A model generated the notes under the pieces. That model saw only the letters and a list, made by a program, of their open reading frames with translations. It was not told the DNA's origin and made no database searches. DNA of 63,997 nt, counting the filler, from Diploschistes diacapsis (lineage: Eukaryota): assembly GCA_023645945.1 (NCBI GenBank). It is 5 parts of 5 records of this genome, joined end to end, with 100 filler letters (N's around TTAATTAATTAA, not from the genome) between each part and the next. Parts side by side here need not be neighbours in the genome. Positions count along the whole stretch, not along the records: positions 1 to 13,200 come from JALAIB010000681.1; positions 13,301 to 26,499 come from JALAIB010000682.1; 3 more parts are not named here. One strand, written 5' to 3'. The translations under genes and the position numbers were made by a program. This document shows, piece by piece, positions 12,961 through 26,037 of this stretch (position 1 is its first letter; the number at the start of each line of letters is the position of its first letter).

Positions 12961-13200
12961 ATGTGCCACTACACCCCCCACAAATCAACAACATGCCCAC
13001 ACCTCTGGTTCACCCTCTGCACCCCATGTTCCGCCAGTGCCAACTTCAGCACCTGCCCCTCCCTGCGCGACTCCACGCTCCTGCGCCCCCGCGCCGAGCT
13101 GGGCACACCCGTCGGCGTGGCGCACGAGTGTCCTGAGTGCGATAAAGGAGGGGAGTATGACAGTGACGCGGTAAGGATGGTGGAGCGGTACGAGGGGGGG
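12961..13200 (+). CDS. Small Cys/His-rich hypothetical protein, 3' truncated by contig end
   Basis: MCHYTPHKSTTCPHLW...C..C...TCP...CPECD; good ATG context after a pyrimidine-rich leader; runs into the N spacer. Confidence 0.55.
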
Positions 13201-13300
13201 NNNNNNNNNNNNNNNNNNNNNNNNNNNNNNNNNNNNNNNNNNNNTTAATTAATTAANNNNNNNNNNNNNNNNNNNNNNNNNNNNNNNNNNNNNNNNNNNN
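13201..13300. other. Artificial contig spacer (N44-TTAATTAATTAA-N44)
   Basis: Exactly 100 bp; central 12-mer gives stops in all six frames; identical to three other spacers. Confidence 0.97.
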
Positions 13301-16300
13301 CTCCTCCCCCTCCGTCGCCCCGCCATCCTCCCCCTTGGCCCTCCGAAACACCTCCGCGATCTCCTCGTCGTACACCGTCCACTCCGGCACCTGCCTCCTC
13401 GCGCGCTGCAGCTTCGGCTCCTTCGTTTCTGGATTATTGCACAGATCAATCGTCCTCGCCTGCTTCAGGCTCTCGTCGCTGCACCACGTCTCGCACCACA
13501 GCCACTCCTGCGGCAGGCTGAAAATCGGCAGCATGGCCTGCATGTTGTTCGGCAGGTCCTGGTCGAGATTGCTCAAGCTGTTCGGGTCCGCGGACAGGGC
13601 ATGGTATTGCTGCCTCAGCCTATCCCCGGCCGCGATCTGGCGGAAGAGCTTGAGGTCGACGACGTAGAGGGCGGAGATGTGGTAGGGCAGGCCCTGGAGG
13701 GCGCGCTTCCAGTAGCCCTGTTTCCAGAAGCGGTAGCCTTCCATCTCGGTGCGCGAGTCGCACATGGGCGTGAAGCCGTAGGGCGCGCCGTGCAGGTTGA
13801 GCGTCACGAGGTCGTGCATGTCCGTGCGCACGATCTGGTCGGCGTCGACGAAGATGACTTTGTCGAGCGAGAGCGGGAATAGGACGTCGAGGAAGAGGAT
13901 CTTGTAGCCCCAGATCTCGCGCTGCTTTTCGCGCTGCCCGCGCAGCCAGTGCGGCCACTTGTAGGTTACCATTTCGTAGTCGAACTTGTAGGCCGCTGCA
14001 AGATGGGGCAGTGTTTCCTTGAAGGAGGGAGAGAGGAATTGTTCGATGAACCAGAACTTGACGGTGTGGCGGGTGTGTCGCATCACCGAGACCATCATTA
14101 TGTTCAGCATGCGCTCGTACAGGTGACCAGAGGCGACAGAAAAGATGTTGATGTCGGCGTGCTCCTTTTTCGGTGCGAGACCAATGCTGGAGAGCAGTGA
14201 GGAGACGAGACTCGTGGTTTTAGTAAGGTATTCTTGCGGAGAGCCGGGTTTGGGTGCTTCGTCGAGGACGTCGTCCATTTCTCTTCCGGGTTTTCGAGAG
14301 AGGCGGGGAAAGAGAGTCTTACCTTGGAAACTCATTTGTGCGACCTCTGTGGTTTGGGAGTTGTCTTCTTCGTAGTACCCATTCGCACCAATACTGTCGA
14401 TGGTAAATATCTGCTGGCTTCGCCCTGGTTTGAGGCGGATGTTCCAGTAGCCGGGGTTGGCTTTGAACTGGAAGTAGCCTACATTGGCCATGATCAAGGT
14501 GTCGGCGTAGTGATGCTGGCTTTCGGTACCCAGTAGCAGCTGAGCACCGCGAGGCGGTTGGCCGGTAGTTGTGTCCCTCGAGTGCCCTTCAATTAGAATG
14601 TGCTCTAGGGCGTAGATGGCATCAATATCGGCACCAGATTTGATGGCATCCAGCTTTATGTTGTCCAGGTCATGAATGGAGCTCTTTGGCGCGACTAGCC
14701 AGGCAGGTGGCACATCTAGAGCTAAGTTGAGTAGAGCTTGCTTTGGCAACCCTTCAAAGCGTGCTCTCAAGTCGACCCGCGAGCCTTCTTCATCGAACCT
14801 TAGCTTCGCTTCCAGAACATGGCGATAGAACCGCTTGATTGGAAGTTCTTGCAGCATCTCACGGGGGTTAAGGAACAGCTTCAGATGAACGCCGCTAAGT
14901 TCCGACATCACTCTCAAGATGGGTATCCACCGCTGTGCTATCTCACTTGCAGGGTCAATGGCCGCGATCAGCTGGATCGTAGACTTGTCAACGTCTCCAG
15001 TGGTAATCGCGGTATGGTTTGAGCCCCATGCAGAAAACGCGTTCATCCGTACAGTTGCTGCGGTATCAAAAATCCCTTCAGGAACGTCGGATACGCCCGA
15101 TAATGCCACAAGCGAGGTAACTTTGGCGGACGTCAGCGCAGAGTCAACGCGTTCTTCGAGCCCCAAAGAAGCAAGCGCAGTGTTGACAGGGGTAATCCGT
15201 TTGGTCCGTTCGTAGTTCAGTAGATGCAAGAAATCCTCTGAGCTGAATGTTGCATTCCTGGGAACAGGCCCAACAAGGCGACCATTCAGGATAATAGCGT
15301 TTTCCCCAGCTTTGAGACCGAAGCTGGAGATTAGAGGCTGCATTCGGAGCCAGAAAGACTCTGCCATTTCGTGCTTCTTTTCTGCGTCAATGCCAGCCTT
15401 GGAGCCTAAATTTGTCACAGCTTTAAGCTCTTCAACATCCACTTCTTTCTTCCGCAACGAGAGCTCAAATATTTTCGCAGAGAGTAGGTTAGGTACTTCA
15501 GGCTCGGTAGGATTGTGTACGACAACCAGCTCAACTTCAGACTGCTGTTGCCGGAACTCAAGAGCTTGCAGGAGAAGCTCACGCCCCTCCGTAGAATCTA
15601 GATCGGCAATAATCGTGGCTTGCGCAAGGAATTGCTGCAAAGCATCTTTGCTAGCAGGCACCCGTATGAGATCTGAATACGCCTTTTCGTGCGCCTTGAC
15701 AACTGCCCCAATGTCAAAGACTTTGACGGCACTCTCGTCTTCCGGTACAACCAACGCATTCCTCCGGGTGATGGCTCCCTCGAGAAACTGGCCGGCAAGC
15801 CATGTGTCTTCTGGTATGATGCCTTCGAAAAGTTTTTGTTGGATAATGCTAAGATCCATGCCGACTTTGTTGATCAGCATTTGCATCCAGCCCTCATTCT
15901 TGGGTAATGCAACACCGTTGACAAATAAAGGAGCAGCTTTGGTGTCGGCCCCCAGTCTCTGGAGATATCGCTCATCATCCGCTAGCCTTGGTAGGAAAAC
16001 ATCGAATATTTGTGAGATCTCTAAAGCTCCTCGGCCTGGCCTTGGTTCTCGGTCTTGGATGATCATTCGGAAGCGCCCCTCGTTGAATTCGGACGACTTT
16101 CGGTCGTTCATGGATGCACTAAGATAAGCCATCAGAGCGCTAAGACCATAATGTTCTTGCAAGTAGTGGGCAATTACAGCCTGCTTCTTGGCTTCTTTGG
16201 ACTGCAATAGAGGAACGATCCCGAAGCGGACAGGAATGCTTCTTTTAACAAACATTTGAAGGCCTTCTACCGCTATTTCCAAATCTTTAACATCAGTTAG

Positions 16301-17792
16301 ATCTAAAGGTATAACCACATTGTGTAGGTCTCGCTTGAGGGCCGGCATTTGGCCAGGAAACATTCGTTGCAACAGAGCCGAACTATGAGTGGGCCAATCT
16401 TTGTACCTCTTGTCCTTTTCGATGTCATTGAACCAAATGATAACATTTCCGCCCTCGGCCTTGTCTCGATAATCGTAGCGCTGAAGCTCGTTGCTGGATT
16501 TAGATTGAGCTATGGCATGGTGAGATATCAGAGATATGGCCTCGGAAGCTGCGAAGCCGGCTTCAGCGAAATTACTCATAAGCTTCTTCTCGCTCCGTAC
16601 TCGGTCAAGCAAAGCGTAAGCATCGACCTGACGAGGATCCACTTGCAAGCCGTTCATCCAAATCACGTTATATCCAGCACCAAGGTACGTTTTGCGGTTT
16701 TGGGTGTGCTCCTCTAGGAAACTAGAGGAGATGTTTAATTGGGCGATCGCAGATGAGTGCTTGGGAAAGTTCTGGGAAATTTTCTCCAAGGTTTCCAAAG
16801 GATCCTCATGGCTCATAATGTAACTAGAAGATTTGAGACCCAATTGCAAAAGCTCGGAAGCAGAGAGCGGTTTCAAATCCTCCACGTCTTCCTCCTCGAA
16901 TTTGACTTCTTCGTCGTTCTTGGTAGGCTCCTTCTCTTTTGCTCTGTCATCAATGACAATATAGTCCGTCCTCTTTAGGGAAAGTTCCACACCATATCCA
17001 CTAACCACTAAAGGCTTATTTGAGGGCCTTGGTGGCGGCCGGTATCGTATTCGATAGGCGGTCCGACCAGCCTTGGCAGTTTCGCTTAAGGTCTGATGAA
17101 AATGGCCGAACAAGGGAGAATTGATGTCTGCGTAGAGCGTCGACACGGACAAGCTATCGTCATAGCTTATGACGCGGTCGAAGGGTAGGTCTGCATTGTT
17201 GCTACAATATCTATCAGCAATGCCCTTCCTATCACGAATGAAACCGTACTTAGGGCCCCTGAAATCCTGTTGTGCTCTCTCCAACTCAGGCGAACAATAT
17301 TGCTTGCCTGCGAAGTGTACCCAAATCGGACATGCAGCGTCTTGCGCGACCATTAAAAAAGACTCTATGGAAGTATTATAGTATTGATAATGTGCTTCTA
17401 TTCGGGGCGCTGCTGAATGTATTGACAGAGCGAAGTCGAAGGCTGCTACCGCTTCGGGCGTCGGAAAGTGGCCATCGCTTTGTAGCGTCGCAACGAACGC
17501 TGTGTACAGCTCTTTCTCCGTCGTGAACTCGGTGAAGTAACCGTCCGCAATGCGGTCGAGGAGCGGGAAGTAGGAGGTGGCATTCTCTTGGGCGGCAGTT
17601 TCTCTGCTTATGTTAGCATAATATAGATTCTCAAGAGGCTGGGTTCGCTCACAGAAGTTCTAGGAGAAAAGGCGGAGAATTGAAGGAAGCTTGCAGAGCT
17701 ACGTTCACAGAAGTAGCCCAACAAGATTTGAGGCTCAAGGATGTCGCCAGCAACAGTCCTGCAAGGCCGATGGGCGAACTGAACAGGTGCAT
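13301..17792 (-). CDS. UGGT: UDP-glucose:glycoprotein glucosyltransferase (GT24), extreme C-terminus lost at contig end
   Basis: Signal peptide MHLFSSPIGLAGLLLATSLSL (ATG 17792), short 5' introns, then 1366-aa ORF with SGYGVELSLKRTDY, INIFSVASGHLYER, WGYKILFLDVLFPL, FVDADQ, NLDQDLPN, WLWCETWC, IDLCNNP. Confidence 0.96.
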
Positions 17793-19020
17793 CTTGCGAG
17801 CGCTATCTCACGCCCCAGCCTCCCCGAAAGCATAAAAAAAGTCCATGAGCACCTCGAGAAGATAATGAGAAGTTAGGGACAGGCGGTTTCTTGCGGCAGT
17901 ACGCACCACGTTTTACAAAGAAATGTCATGCCAAGACTCTTCACATGTCGGTCTTGGCAGGGGCAGCTCGAAAAGGGTAAAAACAAACTTCTGTTCCTGT
18001 TATTACGGAGCGTGTATATAAGTACATGCAATATATGATGTCCGAACACAGTAATCACTAGAAGGGTCAGTGCATTCAATGCAGATGCTTCATCTCTCAG
18101 GGCGGAGTGAACACCTCATAAGTATAGTATTACGAATTTAGACTTATTAAGCTAATTGATTGCCAGACATTTCGCTCATGCCGCAGAAGATGAACTATAT
18201 GCCTTTGCTCCCTTTTGTCGAGTCTTGCCATCATACATATGTGATATCTTTTGAGCTACTCTGTAGGAAATACAGCCAAATCTTCGAGAGATGGCTGGCC
18301 TAAATATCGTCATAGAAGGTGTTCCGTTCACGGACCGCGGGTATGTGTAAACAAGCATTCAGTCGCTCTTCGAGCATACCAAAATCCTCGGGGCTTCATT
18401 TTATGTGTGCTTCCATATCCTTGACAACAGGTCTTACCTTATATGCCAAAAGGTTAAGGGTGGCATTTGCCCCAAACACGCTGGCAACAGATCTAGGAAA
18501 GTGCCTCCTCGTAAGGAAAGAGATCGCTTCCGCGAGACACGGCTTTTTTTGGCACAAGCAGTAGCTTCTTCTAAAATCCAATGGCCGAGCTATAGGGGAT
18601 TTTTCGTTCCAGGAGATCAAAAGTATAGATTTTGAATCTGGTGCCGAGGTAATAGAGACGGTGATGCAGTGCGCATTCGGGAACTCCAGGCGCTCCAGAT
18701 GGAAAAAGAAAGGGTTCGGTTGAAGAACAGATCAGGATACTAGATGAGGTGATTGCACGCAAGCGGTAATAAATGGGGGATATTGATCAAGTGATATTAC
18801 CCCAAAAGAATAGATGGGAGGCCATAGGACAACTTCCCAGACGTCGGATATTCGACAATCTCCTCTTGCATAGCAGGTAAGTAGTCTTGGGCCTCTGAAC
18901 GTATGAGTCGGGATAGATGGGATCATAAGAAAACAATAGGAAGATCCTGTACCACCATCTTCTCCTATGGATTCCGTGCTCGTCTGAGCATACCACAACA
19001 TCACATAAACTTTCTTGAGC

Positions 19021-19646
19021 TTAGGATTGGCCTTTCGGCGGAAACCTCGAAGCATGCACCCTCCCATCGCCATCCACCCTAACCCACTGAATCGTACCCA
19101 GCGCCGACCACTCCCCTTTCCATCCCCTCAATTTCTCTAAGTTCTTCGCATCTCTCATATCCGGCACCCAGAATCCCGACGTGTATTCTCCCTTTTCTAC
19201 GGCGTTCCGCTGCTTGAGAAAGTCCTCGCGGTTACTGGCAGGTCGCCCTGGTCTTCGCTCACTCTGGAGTTGCTGAAGCTCGTCACCGTCGCGGGCGATA
19301 TAATTGGTAACTAGACCCTGTATCTCCTCTACATCAAACGGCCCTGTGGAAGAGTGGGCGAAATCCTGGAAGAACGCCACCCTCTGTACTAGTTCCCCAT
19401 CTTGTCAACAACCCACAACCCAAACACAATTTCAATAATGAGATCAAAAGGAATCTGGCACCTACAGTAAGGCTGATTAAGCTTTGCCCTGACTTTCGCC
19501 AACCGCGTTATCTTATCGTCTCTGGCGGATGCCCTTCGGATTTTTTGGGCATCGCGCGAATTCTCGTGCAGTACGCCAGATTTAATGGAGGAGGCACCTT
19601 TCTTCTTCGAAATCTTTTTGGATACTTTGTGCAGAGAGGAGGGCAT
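19021..19646 (-). CDS. TMA16: Translation machinery-associated protein 16, 2 exons
   Basis: MPSSLHKVSKKISKKKG...LHENSRDAQKIRRASARDDK, intron near 19466-19391, then YIARDGDELQQLQSERRPGRP...EYTSGFWVPDM. Confidence 0.85.
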
Positions 19647-20059
19647 TGTAAGTGGTGAATGGACTACCTTCCTGTCCAATGGGGAAGAGGATATTAAAAC
19701 CGAATTTCGGGACGCAAGCTCAAGGTTTGTGGGAGGTTTTATGTGGTTTTGGTGATAAAGTTAATAAGCATTTGCAAGCTGCTTGGTCTGCGATCATGTT
19801 ATGCTTCGAGGGCTCAGCTAAGCTTTGGCGAAACGAAGTAGACGAACTGACTTCCTACTACTTTAGTACTGTGCAGTAGTGCTTTAAAGGACACAAAACA
19901 TAAAACCGATCTGATGCCAAGCCGGATATAACAAATCTTAAATCCGGTGTAGCAGTCTCTGAAATAACTTTTTGGTGATGGATCGTCATTCAAGCTGCAT
20001 TCCCCCATCTCAAGCTTGTTCTTAATCCTTCATCCGAAATTTCCTTTTAACAAGCTAAA

Positions 20060-21259
20060 ATGATGTCTGTTCGGAATATCGCACGAAGCCTGCCTCGATC
20101 AACATCGCGATTGAGCGCATCCGCTTCAAGCAGAACGTTTGCATCACTCCGCAGACCTTCGCAACTACAGAGAGTATGGCGTTCAGCGCCTGCTGCTCGC
20201 CGCGCTGCCTTCTCAACGTGTCTTCCGAGGTTCGAAGATCAGACAGGCTCGGGTGAGTATTCTGACACTACAAAGTGAACTTTCCTGACTGTGGCCTAGT
20301 TGACGGCGAGCTCTCTGCAAAGATTGAGTCTGAACGGCAACTAGAACTGGACGCTAACTCTCCTTCCGAGGACCTTCCGCCGCATCTCAAAGAATACCTT
20401 GACTCGAGTTCATGGCAGGTTGGTACTATAAACACATACTTTCACACCCAGGCTCACAAGCTTTAGCTCCATGATATCCCGGGCGAAGAGGAGGTCACCT
20501 TAACCCGAAGCTTCGGAAAGGAGAAGTACGCCCTCCTCACCATTTGATGTACCGCTCTTTCTAATACTTGTCTGCAGAATTAAAGTGACCTTCACCGTCG
20601 CTGACCTAAACTACGATGCAGATGCCGACTCCTACTCCGAAGACCCAGCTCTCTACGACGAAGGTGACGACAGCGCCAGCATGCAGCAAGGCGGTGCCCA
20701 ATCAAAGGGCACCATCAACCAAGGCCACACCAAGGGTGGCAACATCAACGTCGCACCGGAAGATCGGGTTGCGCCTGCCGACCGCGAGGAGCTCGCAGAC
20801 GACGAGTCGCCCGCGGCGTCAGCAGGCGAAGGCTTCCCCTCGCGCCTGCATATCACGATCACGAAGGAAGGCGTCAAGGGCGCTTTGCAGCTCGAAAGTG
20901 TTGCCAGAGACGGCGATATTATGACGGAGCAGCTGCACTACTTCCCGGACCAGAGCCTCGCGGACGCGAAGACGGCGGAGCAGGACTGGGCGCGGCGAGC
21001 GCATTACACCGGCCCACCGTTCGCGAATCTTGACGAGGAGCTGCAGGTGCTGATCGATCGATATGTGGCGGAGAGGGGAATCGACACGGCGCTGGCACTC
21101 TGGGTGCCGGATTACGTGGATTACAAGGAGCAGAGGGAGTACGTAGAATGGTTGAACGGTATGTCCCCTTCTACCTTGCCTCTCCTCCGCAGCAGACGTA
21201 AAGAGGTAGTGCAATGCTAACTATATCATGCAGATGTCAAAGACTTTGTCGATGCCTAA
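20060..21259 (+). CDS. MAM33: Mitochondrial acidic matrix protein (Mam33/p32/C1QBP family), multi-exon
   Basis: Arg/Ser-rich presequence; ELSAKIESE, HDIPGEEEVTLTRSFGKE, YTGPPFANLDEELQVLIDRYVAERGID, YKEQREYVEWL; final exon DVKDFVDA*. Confidence 0.9.
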
Positions 21260-21628
21260 GTCGGACCTGGTCTTCTTTGGGGAATATTTTAGTCTCTTCA
21301 TCTCGCCAACTCCCCTGACAGACAGACAGACGATGTGGTGGCCAGACTAGCGCAGCCAAGTAGCGAACTATGAACAATTCTGGCCGCGTGTTGGAAATGT
21401 ATAATATAAGGAGGCCAGCAGCACAGAGAGGTGCATGTTCCGCACGCGGGCTTCGATTACCAGCAAATTTTAATCCATCCTCCCTTCTTCACGTCCATTG
21501 CCATCCCTTTGCCCTGTGCCAGCTCACGGTATGCTGCCGCAAGGCCCACCACACGTACTGCCGATGCAGCAGCTGCTGCCAGCCTCGCTAGCGCTGCTTG
21601 CGCCGTGACTACCAGCATTGCCACTGCC

Positions 21629-21630
<2 letters not shown>

Positions 21631-21662
<32 letters not shown>

Positions 21663-21826
21663 GCTGTCGATCACGTCCACGAATACCCCCGTGCCTTGCT
21701 CGGTCGAGAAGCAAGTTTACCCACTGTTACATGCACCGGGTGAACGCTCGTGCATAATGCAACGACAGCTAGACGCCCTTGACGTGTAGCCATGCGATCC
21801 AATATCCAATATCCAATATCCAATAT
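21631..21826. repeat. Microsatellites (GTC)n and (ATATCCA)n
   Basis: About ten GTC units at 21631-21659 and 3-4 CCAATAT units near 21799-21826, between convergent MAM33 and TPS1. Confidence 0.85.
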
Positions 21827-22630
21827 CGCCCTCACCCAAAAAAAAAAACGCACGAAGCATGGGCATCGCTCAATTTCCACGGCACCAAAGCACACGAGGA
21901 AGCTACATCACGATACACTCATTAATTCACTCCCATTTTTTTTTTGGGTTTGCGGTGGTGATCCGGGGACGAATTCTCTGCCATTGCAGCCTATTCTAGC
22001 ATTGCTACCTGCCTGCCTCTGGGCAGTACAGCACACTGCGTGTCCCACCCATTCGAACCTAACATGAGTAGACCCCCGCTGGAGAAGAGAAGCAGGCGCT
22101 CCCATTTGCAAGACAGGAATATCTATCGTAAAGAAAGGGGTGCAAGGGTGTGCCGTGCCGTGCAGTGCCGTGTTATCCCATAATATCCCATGCCATACCA
22201 ATTATGTTGTGTTATGTCCTCTGGAGCCGGGTACGTACTGTATTTAGGTGTTGGTTTGGTTTGCGAGTTGAGGGTAATTCTGGAGAGGATCGGTTTGGGG
22301 GTATGGTAGAGAAGCCACAGTCTGTTTATCTTTTTTTTTTTGGGTGAGATTAGGTAGGTGTCCATTGAGTGCGAAGCGTTTTCTGTTAGCTGTATTTTGT
22401 TGTTGTTAATTACTACCAAATCCTATGAGGATTGGGGGAGTTAGGGTATGAAGGGCTGCTTACAGTGCTCTAAGTGCCGCATCCGCTTTTTCCAACGACG
22501 AGGTAACTCCGTCGAGTTTGTTTTGCAGCTACAGGAGTGTTTCGATACATATAAAGACAATAACGGGCGGACAGACAGGAGCTGGCGGCTGACAAAAGGT
22601 AAAAAAGCCCAGGCACGCAGGCCAAGCCAG

Positions 22631-24492
22631 TCAGTGGCCATCGGCGATGAGAGTAGAGTCTTGGCTAATATTCAGACTCTCCGCGACGTCCGCGGCACCG
22701 TCGATGCTAGGCTCGCCGTCGCGAAGGTGATGATGGCCGTTGGGTCCTTCGCCGTCGCAGCCGATGTTGGAGGCGGTGAGGGCGGACTCACGGCGGTAGC
22801 GAGCCTTCTTTTCGGCTTGGGAGGAGATGCGCTTGAGCTCGGAGACGAAGGATTGGCCCCAGAATGCGCTGACCGAGGTTTAGTATCCAGATTGTAGCCG
22901 GCTTGGTATGGCAGGAGAACTGTATACTTACCTCGTGTATTTCTGCACGTACTTATCCAGTTTTTCAAAGTTGATCGCGCGGTGTTCCGCACTCATGGTG
23001 ACGGCGTCATGGATAGTAGTGGCGAGCTCCTCGGTGTTCCAGGGATTAAAGATGAGGCTGCCGTTGAGACTCTGCGCGGCGCCGGTGAACTCGGATAGGA
23101 CCATGACGCCATGACGCTTCTTCTGGCTGGCAATATACTCGTACGATACCAAGTTCATGCCGTCGCGGGTGGAGGAGACAAGGCAGACCTCCGAGACAGC
23201 GTAGAGGGCAATGAGCTCGTCGAACGGCACCGACTGGTGCATAAAGTGGATGGGCATAAACTCAATCGTGCCTTGGGGGGGGGAGGGGTTAGTCTAGAAT
23301 ATTCGGGTGAGAAAAAGCATGTTTGCCTACCAAACTTTCCATTGATGCGTCCCACAAGCTCGTTAACGACGGCGCGCAAGTTCTGGTACTCCTCGACATC
23401 TTGGCGACTAGGCACGGCGATTTGTACAAGTACAACTTTGCCGACCCATTCAGGATGCTCTGTCAGAAACACCTCTAGAGCATGAAGCTTTTGCGGAACA
23501 CCCTTGATGTAGTCAAGGCGATCGACGCCAACGATGAGCTTGACACCTTGAAACTTACGTTCAAGGGCAGCGATGCGGTCTTGGACTTTAGGCTTCTGCA
23601 GTCCTTCATCGAACTTTTCAGGGTCGATTCCAATAGGGAACGCGCCGACTGTCACAATCTTGCCTTGGAACTCGATTCCATTGGGAGTTGTGACAAGCCC
23701 ACTAATGAAATGTTAGCATACCTCTAAGTGCGATTATACTTGACGCTTACAGAATCCTTGAGCAACTGCTGAGGAAATGACGAGCGTAGTCGTAGGTGTG
23801 GAAACCGATCAGGTCGCAGTGAAGAACACCGAGGAGAATGTCGTTTCTAACGGGGAGAATACGGTAAATCTCGCTGCTGGGGAAAGGCGTGTGCAAGAAA
23901 AAGCCGATCTTGATGTTAGTCTTCCTGTCCCCAATCTCCTCACGAAGCATGGCTGGCAACAGCATCAGGTGGTAGTCGTGAACCCAAATAAGGTCACCAT
24001 CCTGCACATCTTTGGCAACCGCCTTGGCGAACATACGATTCGCCTCGGTGTAGGCATTCCAGGCAGACTCCTCGAAGGTGATCTCACCGGGGTGATAGTG
24101 GAATAGGGGCCAGAGAATAGAATCTACGAAGCGTTAGTAAGATAACAGATTATACAAGGGTCTGCTTGCTTACTGGAAAAGCCGTTGTAATGCCTGTCCG
24201 CAAGCTCATCGTCAATGAAGACAGGAATTGCGTTGTACTCCTCGATGAGGCGTTCCTTAAGATGGCCAGCTTCATTGTTTGGGACCTCGATACCCGGCCA
24301 TCCGTACCACTTGAATGTGGTCGATTTAGACAAACCACTCAGACCACTTACAAGACCTCCGGATGACATGGAAAAGTCATAACCTCCATCCTGAGAGCGT
24401 TTGATGGTAATTGGCAGCCGGTTGGAGACAAGGAGCAGGCGGGACTCGCCCTTCTTCTCCTCGCTCTCTGTGGATTTGATCACCGCAGGCAT
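22631..24492 (-). CDS. TPS1: Alpha,alpha-trehalose-6-phosphate synthase catalytic subunit (GT20), 5 exons
   Basis: VSNRLP, SSGGLVS, YNGFS, IWVHDYHLM, FFLHTPFPSSE, GVDRLDYIKG, RDGMNLVSYEY, LSEFTGAAQSL; last exon SAFWGQSFVSELKR...DGH* (stop 22631-22633). Confidence 0.96.
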
Positions 24493-24817
24493 AATGAGAG
24501 GTAACGGTGGTAACAGTAGCTCTTAGGTAAAGAGCGAAGATGGAGATGCAAAGGTAGACAAGAAAAGAGAGATTAATGAGGTGAACCGAGGGCAGCTGCG
24601 ACTGCGACTGTTCGGAGGTAAAGGTTTGCGGAGTATGATGACCAGCATTCAGGAATTAGGATGATGCAACTGTAAAAACAGCATAGGAGCTACTGTTGAT
24701 GCGAAGAGTGTACTCGTATTTTTTTTGACAAAGGAACGAGCATGTGTTGACAAGCCGAACCCGTCTTATTCTTGTCCGTTCGCGTAGTGACGGAGAGATG
24801 TGTCTATGGCTAATTTA

Positions 24818-25080
24818 GGCCCTGTAACAGACAACGTAGATCTACACGCAGATCCACATGCAGATCGACAATACGTAGTAGGTTTTATTCTAAACTACAT
24901 GCAATATCTACGTTGGCGCAACAGACATCGTAGATGCTTTTTCTAGCGACTTTTTTATGTGAGCTACGCAATCCAGATAAAAAAATTTTATATGTCCATT
25001 ATGGACTTCAATTATCTAACTCGGACATATACGCCTGCTTTGTCAGCAGCAGACATCTACGTAACTTACGTCTAACGTAA
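24818..25080. mobile_element. MITE/DNA-transposon-like relic with repeated GTAGAT/ATCTAC motifs
   Basis: Multiple (C)GTAGAT and ATCTAC(G) motifs; 16-bp CTGCTTTGTCAGCAGC (25035-25050) shared with 46965-46980; left end GGCCCTGTAACAGAC resembles the reverse complement of 47007-47021. Confidence 0.4.
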
Positions 25081-25135
25081 TAGTAGATTAACACACCTCA
25101 CGATTTCTCCCACACAAGTATTTCAACCATTAGCT

Positions 25136-25292
25136 TTTTTGTCTTGTCTGTCTGTCGAGTGTCGTCGATGATCGAAACGGGATGACTAAACATTCTTAGG
25201 ATTAGGCTAGGTTGCCAAGCCTGGAGTATCGGAGTCGAACCAACGACCTTCGAAAAGGTCTGCCATCTTGCCAGCGATCAAGCTATGGCATA
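25136..25292 (-). mobile_element. tRNA-derived SINE-like element, copy A
   Basis: Minus strand reads TAGCTTGATCG (A-box-like)...GCAGACCTTTTCGAAGGTCGTTGGTTCGACTCC (B box)...ACTCCAGGCTTGGCAACCTAGCCTAATCCTAA...ATCGACGACACTCGACAGACAGACAAGACAAAAAA; colinear with 46437-46640. Confidence 0.55.
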
Positions 25293-26037
25293 AGGTCTGT
25301 TATGAGCACCAACAGTGCACGTCAGAGATACAGATATAGCCACGCCGTTACTTATCTACCTACGGAATTCCCTTCATCCCGTTCTCCGAGTACAAGCAAT
25401 TAGCCAGGGTACTTCTGTTGATCGTCATTTACAAAGTCGAATTTCGAGAAGTGAAGGAAGACCTCGTCGACATGAGGCAACGGTGGAGACTGTGGACAAC
25501 AACTTTGGGGATATGACCGGGGAGGCATTAGGAGCCTTTACTGCCATCTCAGTGGCTACTTCTGGCCAGTGTTAAGGGGCATCGTTTGCGTCTGATCTCT
25601 CAACTACACCGAAAGATTTCGATGTCGCAATCATTATGAACTTGCCCCTATTAAGGTCCATGCTACCTTGTTACGAGGGGTATTGTGTCTGGAGCGTGAT
25701 AGTAACGGAGCAAACCTTGGCTGATCCGCCAGTACTGAGGCTGGTCATTGGCAGGCATGTCGATCAAACAGCCTGCTCCACACACCACCAAACCTCTGCT
25801 TTGCCATCTGGCTGGAGAATATCAGATTCTAACAGAGTGACCCACCCTGCGGATCCACCGCTGTATCAGAGTAGCATACTTTAGGATCAGCAGGCAAATG
25901 GCGCTACCTCTGTTCAAGGTGGGTTGATATTCTTCTACAATCTCACGTCTTTCACTCGTACTTCTCTTCTCCTTCTCTTATCCTACTGTCAACCTTGAGG
26001 TATATTCATTACCAAACGCAACCGGCGTACTATCACA

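Noticed and set aside
13245..13256. TTAATTAATTAA recurring every ~13.2 kb as a biological periodic element
   Set aside because: Always centred in 88 Ns; a synthetic six-frame stop linker.
17870..19000. Gene between UGGT and TMA16
   Set aside because: Only short ORFs with stops in every frame and no recognisable motif; possibly an old pseudogene but unsupported.
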